DNA from: a virus
Taxonomy: Duplodnaviria; Caudoviricetes
Length of the DNA: 54,283 bases
Reading direction: 5' to 3' (one strand)
Virus record (IMG/VR): IMGVR_UViG_3300044568_001017
Span: 1-54,283 of that record
This document shows, in pieces, positions 23,051-33,078 of this stretch (the first letter of the stretch is position 1; each line of letters begins with the position of its first letter). A program made the position numbers and the translations under genes. A model generated the notes under the pieces. That model saw only the letters and a list, made by a program, of their open reading frames with translations, searched no databases and was not told where the DNA came from.

Positions 23051-24586
23051 ATGGCAGAAGATAATATATTAGCAAGTAACCTAGCACAACTGGGTGGGCA
23101 AATCTCCTCAACATTCCAGAATGTTGCATTACAAAACCAATACAAGAATGCACTGCCCGGAATACAGCAAGCCTTCCAATCTGCTATGACAGACTTTGAT
23201 GCTGGCAGAAGCGGAGCAGGGTTCAGCAAGATCATGGCAGTAGCTATGGAGAACCCTAACAATCCAATGATCCAGAACATTAGCCAGATGGCATTCAAGG
23301 CTGGTCAGTTTGCTTCTGATGATTACTTTAAGAGTCAGACCATTGATGTAGCTAGGGCAAAGGGTGGTGGAAGACAACTTACGCAAGAAGAAGTAGACGC
23401 ATTTAATGAGTTTGGAACAGATGGAGATACATCAACAGATTATACTACAACTGTAACAACACCATCACAACCCGCCCCAAGAACTGGATTACCAGCAACG
23501 CAACAGATTACGCAACCGCGCATTGGGAAAGATGGCGTTGCGATTGTTACTGATGTTAACGCCCCAGATGGACTGCCAACAAAGACTGGTAATGAACCAC
23601 CACAAGTTGATTTAATTACACCACTATCCGAAACGGATATAGTCGGCGCACAAGCATCCACAGCTTCACAGATAAGGCCACAACAAGTAGATGATACATA
23701 TCAACTCAAGGAAGATGAGCAAAAGTATGATGCAAGTTTTCTTCAAAAATATGGATTAGATATTGATACTGTAGTTGGAAAACGAGTTCTTACTAAGCAA
23801 GAACAAGAACTTAGCATCAAAAAAGTTCTTGGAGGAAACACCGAAAAAACTCTCCGTACAAAAGATATAAAAGAAAATGAAGCGAAAGCTCTAAAACTTG
23901 AAGCATTATACGATAAACTGCAAACCGCCGATAGAACAATACAATCAAGTAAGACACTCAAGGAGATTGTAAGGCTTTCTGGAAATGATTTAGATAATGT
24001 TGATTTAGATATTGAAGGTGAAAAAGAATCTGCCATTTACACCGCAACTATTAGAAATCCAGATGGAACCGAAACATCAAAAGAATTGTCATCTACACAA
24101 TACGAAGCATTAAGAGTAATTAAAGTTGATTCTGGAAACGCTTCTGACATTAAATTTACTGTACCAAAACCTAAAGCTAAATCAGAGACTCAGCGCGGAC
24201 TACCAGCGGCACAACCTCCTCCAGTTGCTCCACAAATCCCAGAAGCAGCAGGAAATCCATTCGCAGCGAAGCTAGAAACAATACAGAAAACTGAAACCGT
24301 AGAAGGCAAAAAGAAAGTAGTCCAAGAAGTATCTAGGGTAATCGAGACAGTCACAAGACTTGAACAGACTCTTGCTGGACTAGCTAAAGGTGAAATGCCA
24401 GAAACGATAGACTACCTACCTCGCGCTAAAAAAGCGGCACTTCAAGGCACTGATCTTGCTGGTCTGAAAAAAGAATTTAATATCTTGGCAAACCTAAAAC
24501 CAGCTATAGAGTGGGTAAAGAAGAATCCCAATGATCCAAAGGCTGCTCAAGCCGCCGAAGCAATCAGACAACAATTAGGAATATAA
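23051..24586 (+). CDS. Putative internal virion / ejection protein
   Basis: 511 aa; second of three consecutive ejection-type genes. Confidence 0.55.
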   Translation: MAEDNILASNLAQLGGQISSTFQNVALQNQYKNALPGIQQAFQSAMTDFDAGRSGAGFSKIMAVAMENPNNPMIQNISQMAFKAGQFASDDYFKSQTIDVARAKGGGRQLTQEEVDAFNEFGTDGDTSTDYTTTVTTPSQPAPRTGLPATQQITQPRIGKDGVAIVTDVNAPDGLPTKTGNEPPQVDLITPLSETDIVGAQASTASQIRPQQVDDTYQLKEDEQKYDASFLQKYGLDIDTVVGKRVLTKQEQELSIKKVLGGNTEKTLRTKDIKENEAKALKLEALYDKLQTADRTIQSSKTLKEIVRLSGNDLDNVDLDIEGEKESAIYTATIRNPDGTETSKELSSTQYEALRVIKVDSGNASDIKFTVPKPKAKSETQRGLPAAQPPPVAPQIPEAAGNPFAAKLETIQKTETVEGKKKVVQEVSRVIETVTRLEQTLAGLAKGEMPETIDYLPRAKKAALQGTDLAGLKKEFNILANLKPAIEWVKKNPNDPKAAQAAEAIRQQLGI

Positions 24587-24589
24587 TAA

Positions 24590-27500
24590 ATGGCTTTCGA
24601 CATAGACGTTTTTCTAAAAGAAAGTGGAAGTGGCGTTGTTGAAAATGAGAGTCAGACAGAGAAACCTCAATCAGTTCAACCCAAAGAAACTGCATTTGAT
24701 ATTGATACATTCCTAAAAGAGAATGTTTCTAATGTTCCAGTAGTATCAGAGCAAATCCAACCGCAAGAACCATCTGGTATCCTAAGACAAGCAGCAGACA
24801 TCCCACTTAAAGTAGCTCAAGGTGGAATCAGTTCAGTAAAAAGTTTCACTGATTTATTCGGCGCAGACAATGCAATGTCTAAAGAGTTAGCTGGATACGA
24901 GAAGTGGGTTGGTAGCCTAGTATCTGCTGAGTCCAAGAAGGACGATGAAGAGATCGCTAGGATTCTAAAGGATGCAGAAAACAAGGGAGTCTACGATAAG
25001 GTTGTAGCTGGTCTTCAAGCATTCTCTAAAGCTCCACTAGAAATGACAGCGCAAAGTGCTGGGTACATGATACCGCAACTTGCCGCTGGTGTGCTAGGAA
25101 AAGCCGCGCAGTTTACTAAAGCTGGTATCATTGGAACACAAGCTGCCATTGGATTTGCTCAAGGAGCAGGGCAAGCTAAAGGAGACATCTACGAATCGAC
25201 ATTAGATTATCTACGCAAACAAGGTGTGTCAGAAAATGTAGCGAACGATAAAGCAATCGAAGCCCAAGCAACGCTAGGAAAGAACCTAGATCAGATTTTA
25301 TTGAGTGCTATAGGGAATGCTTTGACATCTTCAACTGGTGCTGAAGCTATCGCAACCCGTATACTTATCAAGCAAGGCAAGGAAGCAACTGGTGGTGCTA
25401 TCAAAGGATTTTTAAAGGGAGTTGCCGCAGAATCTCCTTTGGAAGCAATTCAAAGCGCACAACAAGAAGTTGCTAAGAATGTTGCTATACAAAGAGAAGG
25501 TGGCGATGTGCCTACGTTCAAGGGTGCTATCGAGAGTGCTACTACTGGCGCGGTAGCTGGTGCATTTATCGGTGGGCCACTGGGTGCATTTGAAGCAATG
25601 AGTGCAGAGCAGAAGGCAGAGATAGACATTACCAAAGAAGCCAATCGTAAGGCGCGTGACCTAGAAGCACCCGATACAGCAACGCAAGCTATAGCAGCAG
25701 CGATTACTAACCTTGAGCGAGGCATTGATAATAAAAGAAAAGACCTAGATGTTTTAGAATCAACCTCACCAGAGGCATCGAAACTACGCTTAGACATTGC
25801 CGCTGACCAAAAGATTTTAGCTCAATCCAAAGAGCAAGCTAACAAATTAGGATTATCGGAAACGATAACAGAAGCAGAGAAGCAACAGATTGAGTTAGCT
25901 AAACAGATAGCTGCACCCGAAGTTGTCGCAGTCGCAGAAGCTGTAACACCCGCACCAGTAGAACAAGTAGTCACGCCACCAGTAGAGGTTGCACCAACCA
26001 TCGCAGAAACCGCGCCAGTTGAGCCAGTAGTAAGCCAAGAATTTAAAGATGAACTTGAAATGTCTGGAGTTGCTTACGATGGAGATACAAGGTATTCCGT
26101 CCAGCAATCTTCTAATGGCACATTCAGAGCGGAAAGAATTGTAAACGGAAAGAAGGAAGATATTCAAATTGGATTGCCAGACATTGAAACGGCACAAAAT
26201 GTAATCTTTAATTCAGTTGGAAAAGAAGTTCCTGCAATAACAGCAGAAACTCCTGCCATAACAATGCCAGAAATTCAACAGCAAGTTCCAAGTGGGATGT
26301 CGGTTGAGGAAGCCAAGGCATATCTTGAAGAAAGAAATAAATCTACAATCCTTGGATACGCGCCAGAAGATATTATGGCTATGCAACAAGGAAAGCGTGT
26401 TGCCAGAACTATTCCTCCCGCACCAGTCATCGAGCAAGCTGCACCAGCAGAAGCTCCCGCGCCAGAGGTTGCGCCTACTTTATGGGTTGCTCCAGAGCAA
26501 AAACTTACTTTGCAAGAAAACAGAGCATTGCAGATAGCCAACCTAAAAGGGACGGAAAAACGGACTGGTAATATTACTTTTGTTCCAGAAAAAATGATGA
26601 CTCCGCAAAGGTTGCAATCATTAAGAACGGAACAAGAATCATCTGGAACATTGAAGCAATTTCCAAGAGGGGGAAAGTTTATTGAGATAAAAATGATGGC
26701 AGATGTGACTGGTGATCCAAATGCAAAGGGATGGGCTATCATTGATCGCAGAACTGATCTTAATAGGAGAGAATGGATTGCTCAAATACCAAATCGAGAT
26801 GAAAGAATTTTGGCTGGAAGTATTGCAAATAATGAATCACAAAAGATTGTTTCTGCAATAAAAGAAGGAAGTATTACACAAGAAAGATCAAATCAACTTG
26901 TTGATGAGGCAGTAAACAATCAAATAATTTCATCGGATTTTGCTAATAATTTAAAGACTGAAATCAGTAAGTCCACCCGCGCAGTATCGGAAACGATAAC
27001 GGAGCCAGCAGAAGAACAAGGAGGTATCTTAAAAGAAACTGCTAAATTTGCTGACGAAGCTTTGCGCGAGCGAGATAAAGAAGTCGCAAGATACAAAAAG
27101 AAAGCTGATGCAGAACGTAAGGCGGGGCGTGAAGAGATGGCGCAACGATATGAAGGAATGATAGACGATTTAATGTCTGTCCCTTCTGAAGATTTTAAAA
27201 AAGATGTAATTGAAAACCCTGAATATTACATTGAATCAAATATTGATCCATTTCTGCGATTCAAAAACAAAGAAGTAAATAGAGCCACCCCATTAACACC
27301 ATCTAAACGCAAAAAAGAATCGGGCGGCGTTCTAATCCCCACCAAAGAAGACTTCATCCAAGCAGGGCAGAACATCTACGAGGCTGGCATGGAGTTTGGT
27401 GCTTGGGCTAAACAGATGATCCAGAGATTCGGTGATGCGGTGAGAGAGTTCCTTGGTGATGTATGGCAAGCGGTGAGTGGTGCGCCAGCGAAGTTAAATG

Positions 27501-30500
27501 AACTGATGGGTTACTTGCCGGGTAAAGGTGAGGCTGGATCGGTGAACCTTGGCAGCGGGAAACCAGCAACTGAATCAAAAAATGCTTTAGAACTAATTCG
27601 CGGAAACTATGGTGAGTTGAGCGATATGATCAACAAGATCATAGATAGTAATCAAAAAATCGCTGATGCTCTACAAAAGATACCCGTTGAACTAACAAGC
27701 AGGAATTCCTTTGATGGAGAAACTGTAAGAATTAGCAAGAGCTTCTCTGGGCTTAAATTAGTTGACGCAATCAACCACGAAATCACTCACTCATTTCTAG
27801 CGGTAGCATTAAGGGAGATTCCTTCATTCCGTGAAGCGATTAACTCAATCCGTCTTGATGCAATTGAGAGAGCAAAGTATTCAAATGACATAAGTTTTAG
27901 GGGCGCAGTTAGTCTAATAAAAGAAGCGCAAGGCTTATCTAGAGGGCTAATCTATACTAAAAGGGACACAGAAAATTTAAGCCAATACATGATCAGAAAT
28001 ACCAATGGCTTAATGTATTTGTGGAATTTGGATAAAACAAATCCTCCATTTACATACGAGATTTTTGAAACTGCTTATGCATTAGCATCCAACGATGAAT
28101 TCTTGGCTCACCTTATGAGTGACAAAAGATTCCGTGATGAGCTAAAAACATACAAGGTATTCACGCCAGACAATAGGAATCTCTTCCAGAAGTTTATAGA
28201 CTCTATCAAGGGCTTATTCCAAAAATTAACAAAGGTTGAGAAGACTGTTCTTGATAAAGCAATGGAGCAAGTTGAGCGAGTTGTTCAACTACCAGAGTAT
28301 AACCCTCGCCCAATTGAGGGACTTGCAGAAATGCTAGCTAAATATGAACAAGGTGATGCCCCAATAGAACCAGAAGCAGAGACAATCACCGAAGCAATGG
28401 GTCAAGGTCTGGATATTGGCAAAGAAGATAATATGCCAATCAACAATAAGATTGAGAGTCATATTAAGAACTTCGCTGTTGTCCGTGGGTTCTTTGAGTC
28501 TGCTAGTGATAGGTTGCGTAGAGCAGGGTTTAAAAAACTAGCTACAGCTATTGATGATTACTATGACCAAGCTCAACGCCGACTTGGATTCGCTAACAAG
28601 ATTCTTCTCCCAGCTTTTGATGAGTACGCAAAACAATCTAAAGCAAACAAGAAAAAGATTGATGAAGAAGTTAAGATGTTCTATGCCGCGCAAGAAAACA
28701 AGCGTGATACGGCTGAGTTCTTTGATGAGTTGAACCCAATCACTCAGAAGATTGTAACTGCTTGGCAGAAGTTTGGTGAAGAATCTGGTAAAGATAACCA
28801 AAGAATCGGAATCAAAGTTTTTGATCGTGGACTACAAAGGTTTCGACCAATCGGACGAGTAGATAAATTCTTCCCTCGTATTCTCAAACCAAAGTACAAA
28901 CAGGCATTGATGGAGCCAGACAAATATCAGAAAGAATACAACGAGATTGTAGAAGCCTTAATGAAGTCTGGAAGAATCGAGAAACCAGAAGACGCAGAGC
29001 GTTACATCTCTAACTACGAAGGAACTGGCACTCAGAAAGACTACTTCTCAGGTATTGAATCTGCCCGTGGTCAAGCACTCCCAGAGGAATTGTATGACTA
29101 TTCCATGCAAGTGATGACGGACTACGTTGCACGATGGGCGCAACACGCTAGTCGAATCGAACAATTCGGACAGAAACTTGGTGAGAACTCGATGACACTT
29201 TGGAATAGATCAAGAGCATCAACTAGAGATCGCAGGACAATCGACTACATTACCGCTGCTCAAGAACGAGTAGAAGGATACTTCCCAAATGATCCTTTCG
29301 TGAAAGGGATGGCGGCATTGAACATCTGGGCATCGGGATTGCAGTTAGGAAACCCAGCATCAGCTACGATGAACCTTGTTGGTGGCACTACGCTGAATGC
29401 CATGATCGGACAACCCGGCGCGGCTTCTAGCTACGTTGAGTCCCTTGTGGAGCTACGCAAACTTGGTAGCAATCTAAAAGACGCTAGAGAAAAAGGAATC
29501 ATCTCGCGTGATCTGATGAATATCGTAGGAGATCACCAAGAAGTTCTCGATCAAAATGGGATCGCTAAAGCTGGACAGAAGACTGCTGACTTCTTATTGA
29601 AGTGGTCAGGTTTCACTCCAGTAGAGCAGATGGTCAGAACACAAAGTCTGATTATCGGAAAATCATTCTTGAGAAAGACACTATCTAGCTACTCTCAAAA
29701 TCCAGATAGTTTATTCTCTAAACAAGCTAGTACATGGTTAAGCCGAAACAATTTTGATATTGATAAGCTGCTCGTTGAGCAAGGAAGCGGCCCAGAGACA
29801 GACAAGTTGATGCGCTACTTCGCTACTGCTTCCCAAGGTGGTTACACAATTTCACAGACTCCTATCTTCATTGATACACCGATTGGTAAATTCCTTTTCA
29901 AGTATCAGAAGTTCTCTACCCAAGTCATGCGTCAAGCATGGAAGAATACGTTTGAGCCAGCGTGGAAGGCCGTCACGTTTAAAGGTGAGACGATGCAACT
30001 GCCATCTGAAACAAGGCAGTTGCTCTATAGACTGAGACTAGCAGAGGCTAGGGAGATCGGAGACAACCGAAAGATTTCATTGGATGAGATACCACAGAAG
30101 GTATCTAAAGCAGAAGCAAAGGCATTAACTCTCATCCCTGTGATGATGTGGCTTGCCTCTGCGTATGTAGGTGGTGAAGCTATCCTGCGTTTGAGGGATG
30201 TTTTGTTTGGCGTAATGATGAAGGGGCCAGACTACGAAGACATCTTGAAAGCGTTAGAAGATGATGAAGACGATGATGAACTTTATCTAGGACTTCAACG
30301 CGCATGGTACAATCTGATTGGTATCGGTGCGCTAGGATTGATCGGCAACTACGGGCAGTTCTTCATGGACTGGCAGGATCGTGAGCGCGTCAAGAATCCG
30401 CTAGACCCACCAGCACTTAGCCTAGTCAAAGAAACTGCTACTCTGATTCAGAACGTAGCAGACCAAGGCACAATCACTAAAGGAGACATCAACAATTATG

Positions 30501-31024
30501 TGAATCGGATGTCATCCATGTATAGAGTGAGTCAGAAACTATACCAAACAGCAGCTAGTGGATTGGGCTTCTCAGACGCACCAACAGTAGCTGAAGAGAT
30601 ATACAGGAGAGAAGTTGCTGACATCAATAAGTATGGTCGTCGCTGGGCTGAGTCCGCTGGACTTGAGTACAGAACCAAGCGTCCAATGGATATTGCCCCA
30701 AGCAAAATGACTCCTATCAACAGGAAGATTTCTAGTTACCTACAAAGGAATGATCCAGTCGGCGCGTCTGCTTATGCTAAAGAATATCTCAAGACACTAC
30801 CCAAAGATGCTCGCAAGAATGCAATCCAGAGCATGGAGTCTGGAGCTAGGAATCGTCAGCCTCTGCGGTTAGGTGACGGGCCAATGGATGAAGCAGAGAA
30901 GAGAGCATTCTTGAAGTGGGCCAAAACAAAAATGAGTCCAGAGAAGTACGCTAGTATTGAGAAACTGACTAAGCAGTATGAATCGAATCGTAAAAAGTTT
31001 CTGATGCGATTGCCGAATAGATAG
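24590..31024 (+). CDS. Large internal virion / ejection (polyvalent) protein with HExxH motif
   Basis: 2144 aa, last gene of the structural operon; N-terminal FDID repeats; INHEITHS followed later by DEFLA (zincin-like). Confidence 0.65.
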   Translation: MAFDIDVFLKESGSGVVENESQTEKPQSVQPKETAFDIDTFLKENVSNVPVVSEQIQPQEPSGILRQAADIPLKVAQGGISSVKSFTDLFGADNAMSKELAGYEKWVGSLVSAESKKDDEEIARILKDAENKGVYDKVVAGLQAFSKAPLEMTAQSAGYMIPQLAAGVLGKAAQFTKAGIIGTQAAIGFAQGAGQAKGDIYESTLDYLRKQGVSENVANDKAIEAQATLGKNLDQILLSAIGNALTSSTGAEAIATRILIKQGKEATGGAIKGFLKGVAAESPLEAIQSAQQEVAKNVAIQREGGDVPTFKGAIESATTGAVAGAFIGGPLGAFEAMSAEQKAEIDITKEANRKARDLEAPDTATQAIAAAITNLERGIDNKRKDLDVLESTSPEASKLRLDIAADQKILAQSKEQANKLGLSETITEAEKQQIELAKQIAAPEVVAVAEAVTPAPVEQVVTPPVEVAPTIAETAPVEPVVSQEFKDELEMSGVAYDGDTRYSVQQSSNGTFRAERIVNGKKEDIQIGLPDIETAQNVIFNSVGKEVPAITAETPAITMPEIQQQVPSGMSVEEAKAYLEERNKSTILGYAPEDIMAMQQGKRVARTIPPAPVIEQAAPAEAPAPEVAPTLWVAPEQKLTLQENRALQIANLKGTEKRTGNITFVPEKMMTPQRLQSLRTEQESSGTLKQFPRGGKFIEIKMMADVTGDPNAKGWAIIDRRTDLNRREWIAQIPNRDERILAGSIANNESQKIVSAIKEGSITQERSNQLVDEAVNNQIISSDFANNLKTEISKSTRAVSETITEPAEEQGGILKETAKFADEALRERDKEVARYKKKADAERKAGREEMAQRYEGMIDDLMSVPSEDFKKDVIENPEYYIESNIDPFLRFKNKEVNRATPLTPSKRKKESGGVLIPTKEDFIQAGQNIYEAGMEFGAWAKQMIQRFGDAVREFLGDVWQAVSGAPAKLNELMGYLPGKGEAGSVNLGSGKPATESKNALELIRGNYGELSDMINKIIDSNQKIADALQKIPVELTSRNSFDGETVRISKSFSGLKLVDAINHEITHSFLAVALREIPSFREAINSIRLDAIERAKYSNDISFRGAVSLIKEAQGLSRGLIYTKRDTENLSQYMIRNTNGLMYLWNLDKTNPPFTYEIFETAYALASNDEFLAHLMSDKRFRDELKTYKVFTPDNRNLFQKFIDSIKGLFQKLTKVEKTVLDKAMEQVERVVQLPEYNPRPIEGLAEMLAKYEQGDAPIEPEAETITEAMGQGLDIGKEDNMPINNKIESHIKNFAVVRGFFESASDRLRRAGFKKLATAIDDYYDQAQRRLGFANKILLPAFDEYAKQSKANKKKIDEEVKMFYAAQENKRDTAEFFDELNPITQKIVTAWQKFGEESGKDNQRIGIKVFDRGLQRFRPIGRVDKFFPRILKPKYKQALMEPDKYQKEYNEIVEALMKSGRIEKPEDAERYISNYEGTGTQKDYFSGIESARGQALPEELYDYSMQVMTDYVARWAQHASRIEQFGQKLGENSMTLWNRSRASTRDRRTIDYITAAQERVEGYFPNDPFVKGMAALNIWASGLQLGNPASATMNLVGGTTLNAMIGQPGAASSYVESLVELRKLGSNLKDAREKGIISRDLMNIVGDHQEVLDQNGIAKAGQKTADFLLKWSGFTPVEQMVRTQSLIIGKSFLRKTLSSYSQNPDSLFSKQASTWLSRNNFDIDKLLVEQGSGPETDKLMRYFATASQGGYTISQTPIFIDTPIGKFLFKYQKFSTQVMRQAWKNTFEPAWKAVTFKGETMQLPSETRQLLYRLRLAEAREIGDNRKISLDEIPQKVSKAEAKALTLIPVMMWLASAYVGGEAILRLRDVLFGVMMKGPDYEDILKALEDDEDDDELYLGLQRAWYNLIGIGALGLIGNYGQFFMDWQDRERVKNPLDPPALSLVKETATLIQNVADQGTITKGDINNYVNRMSSMYRVSQKLYQTAASGLGFSDAPTVAEEIYRREVADINKYGRRWAESAGLEYRTKRPMDIAPSKMTPINRKISSYLQRNDPVGASAYAKEYLKTLPKDARKNAIQSMESGARNRQPLRLGDGPMDEAEKRAFLKWAKTKMSPEKYASIEKLTKQYESNRKKFLMRLPNR

Positions 31025-31025
31025 C

Positions 31026-31053
31026 TTGACATCTCTACATTGAGTAGTAGTGT
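31026..31053 (+). promoter_or_regulatory. Sigma70-like promoter of a small RNA
   Basis: TTGACA-N16-TAGTGT. Confidence 0.65.
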
Positions 31054-31057
31054 GCTT

Positions 31058-31136
31058 GTACAGCTGGTTGCTGTTTTGTAAGTGTTCATTCATTAGTGGC
31101 GCACCTTGGAGAAATCTGAGGTGCGCTTCTTTTTTT
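31058..31136 (+). ncRNA. Candidate ~75-nt small RNA
   Basis: Lies between a promoter and a strong terminator (GCGCACCTT...GAGGTGCGC + T-run) with no ORF. Confidence 0.55.
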
Positions 31137-31167
31137 ATCGTTACCGATAATTTCTGAAAATAATCTA

Positions 31168-31195
31168 TTGACACTAGAATTATCCTATGTAGATT
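31168..31195 (+). promoter_or_regulatory. Sigma70-like promoter of recombination operon
   Basis: TTGACA-N16-TAGATT, just downstream of palindrome site 31136-31149. Confidence 0.65.
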
Positions 31196-31235
31196 TGCCC
31201 TTGTGAGCGGCACAACCTCCGTCCACAAAAAACTA

Positions 31236-31454
31236 ATGAAAGATAAACCAACAACACAAGAAACAGAAGTAAAACCAGAAGTGAAACCATCAGTAGACTC
31301 AGCACTCAAGCGTGAGATTTATCTCCGTTTGATTTCAGCATCAGCGGCGGACGGAAAGTTCGACCTCGGCAAGCTCCCGAATGCAAAGGCAGTAGTGAAT
31401 CAGGGAGATCACCTTCGTGGCGTAGCCGAACTGCTGACCCAGTGCCTCAAATGA
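31236..31454 (+). CDS. Hypothetical protein
   Basis: ATG at 31236 (MKDKPTT...). Confidence 0.65.
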   Translation: MKDKPTTQETEVKPEVKPSVDSALKREIYLRLISASAADGKFDLGKLPNAKAVVNQGDHLRGVAELLTQCLK

Positions 31455-31594
31455 ACGAACGAGACTGGGACGAAACGGACGTATCGGGAGAAGTAGAAGA
31501 AGCAAGGCACGAAGCCTTCATTCATACTTGCGCTATGCGTGACATGGATCAAGGCATCGACCCCAACTTATTTTCCGATGACGATAACGAATAA
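31451..31594 (+). CDS. Small acidic hypothetical protein (not in ORF track)
   Basis: MNERDWDETDVSGEVEE...FSDDDNE, ATGA-coupled. Confidence 0.55.
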   Translation: MNERDWDETDVSGEVEEARHEAFIHTCAMRDMDQGIDPNLFSDDDNE

Positions 31595-32441
31595 TCACGG
31601 GCTTCCCGCCCCAATGTATCGAGCATTGTCACACGATGGCTACACCCCCGGCACTAGGAGGTCAGACATCTCGGTGACAAGTTTAATCGGGCCACCGAAA
31701 ATCAACCAACTCAAGAAGCGGTATTCTGAGTTTATCGTAGAAGACGCAGCAGACAGGGTATGGGCATTGTTAGGTCAGTCCGTACACAAGGTAGTAGAAC
31801 TGGCTGGCGGCGAGACTGAGATGACAGAGAAGCGTCTCTACATGGAGATCAATGACTATACAATAACTGGTCAGACTGATCTCTACGAGACAGAGAACCA
31901 TACCATCTCAGACTTCAAAGTGACATCGGTCTTCTCATTCTTACTTGGAACCAAGCAAGAGTGGGAGGCGCAGATCAACTTGAACGCCATGCTCTGGAGA
32001 GAGTACGGATACGAAGTCAAGAAAGGTCAGATCGTAGCCATCCTTCGGGACTGGCAAGCGAGTAAGGCTGAATTTGACAAAGAGTATCCCCAGTGTGCAG
32101 TACACATTGTTGACATTCCACTATGGGATAATGACGAGTGTATCCGCTACGCTACTGAGCGCATCAAGATGCATCAAGCAGCGGCGGCAATGTCAGATGA
32201 CCACATCCCAGCCTGTGATCCAAGTGAGAGATGGGCTAAACCAGATACCTACGCCATCAAGAAGGATGGTAACAAACGCGCAGCCAAAGTATGCGAGTCC
32301 AAGGAAGAGGCAGAGAACCTTCTACCTACCTACGGGCCGAAGCATTCGATAGAGAAACGAAACGGTGGGGATATGCGGTGTGAGCGTTATTGCTCAGTCG
32401 CTCCCTTCTGCCACTACTACCAAGCAAACTATAAAGAATAA
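31578..32441 (+). CDS. PD-(D/E)XK exonuclease (RecB/Cas4-like)
   Basis: G..VH, GQTDLY...ISDFKVT, Q..L motifs; C-terminal RCERYC...C. Confidence 0.75.
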   Translation: MTITNNHGLPAPMYRALSHDGYTPGTRRSDISVTSLIGPPKINQLKKRYSEFIVEDAADRVWALLGQSVHKVVELAGGETEMTEKRLYMEINDYTITGQTDLYETENHTISDFKVTSVFSFLLGTKQEWEAQINLNAMLWREYGYEVKKGQIVAILRDWQASKAEFDKEYPQCAVHIVDIPLWDNDECIRYATERIKMHQAAAAMSDDHIPACDPSERWAKPDTYAIKKDGNKRAAKVCESKEEAENLLPTYGPKHSIEKRNGGDMRCERYCSVAPFCHYYQANYKE

Positions 32442-32448
32442 CAAATAT

Positions 32449-32817
32449 ATGTATACTACTCAATACGATCCAAACTGTAAAATGCACGAATTCCTTTACA
32501 CGGGAATCGCAATAACCCAAGAAGCAGGCGGTTTAGCTGCGCTGATAGATATGACTAACGGACTTGATATTGAAAGAGCCAAAGAATTTGGCGTTAATTT
32601 CGATGAGTTGTTGGTATCACAAGCTGATACAGCTTATGAAGCATCAATCGTAGTCCGCAACTTAATTGCGGGAGATGTTGATCACATTGCGATTAACGTC
32701 TGTGGATTCGTTTACGATGCAGAAAAGGAGGCGCAGGCTCCAGAAAAACATAAAAAAAATCAAGCTGAACTTAGGGAGATTTTTTATCGAAAAGAAGGAG
32801 TAAAATCAAATGAATAA
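32449..32817 (+). CDS. Truncated RecA-like protein
   Basis: GGLAALIDMTNGLDIERAKEFGVNFDELLVSQADT matches the RecA core segment; no Walker A. Confidence 0.6.
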   Translation: MYTTQYDPNCKMHEFLYTGIAITQEAGGLAALIDMTNGLDIERAKEFGVNFDELLVSQADTAYEASIVVRNLIAGDVDHIAINVCGFVYDAEKEAQAPEKHKKNQAELREIFYRKEGVKSNE

Positions 32818-33070
32818 CTTCAGAGCGGAATTAAAACCAAGTGAACAATTTGAAATCGGAGCATCTGATGCAGCTTATCTTTGGGAAAAGGCAACACACA
32901 TATTGCAAGAGGAAGTAAATAAAGAATTCCATAAAGATCATCCTATGGTTGTTGCTAAATTAGCTGAAATTCAAGCAAGTTTATACACAAATAAAGCGAT
33001 CACTACAGCTATTCAAGACTTGGCAAGTTCAATTAACTTTTTAGCTGAAGTAGTTAAATGCCGCGAATAA
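32810..33070 (+). CDS. Hypothetical protein
   Basis: 86-aa ORF overlapping its neighbours. Confidence 0.6.
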   Translation: MNNFRAELKPSEQFEIGASDAAYLWEKATHILQEEVNKEFHKDHPMVVAKLAEIQASLYTNKAITTAIQDLASSINFLAEVVKCRE

Positions 33071-33078
33071 TAAAAATT

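Noticed and set aside
31578-32441. Cas4 as part of a CRISPR system
   Set aside because: No other cas genes or arrays; it is an ordinary phage exonuclease in a recombination cluster.
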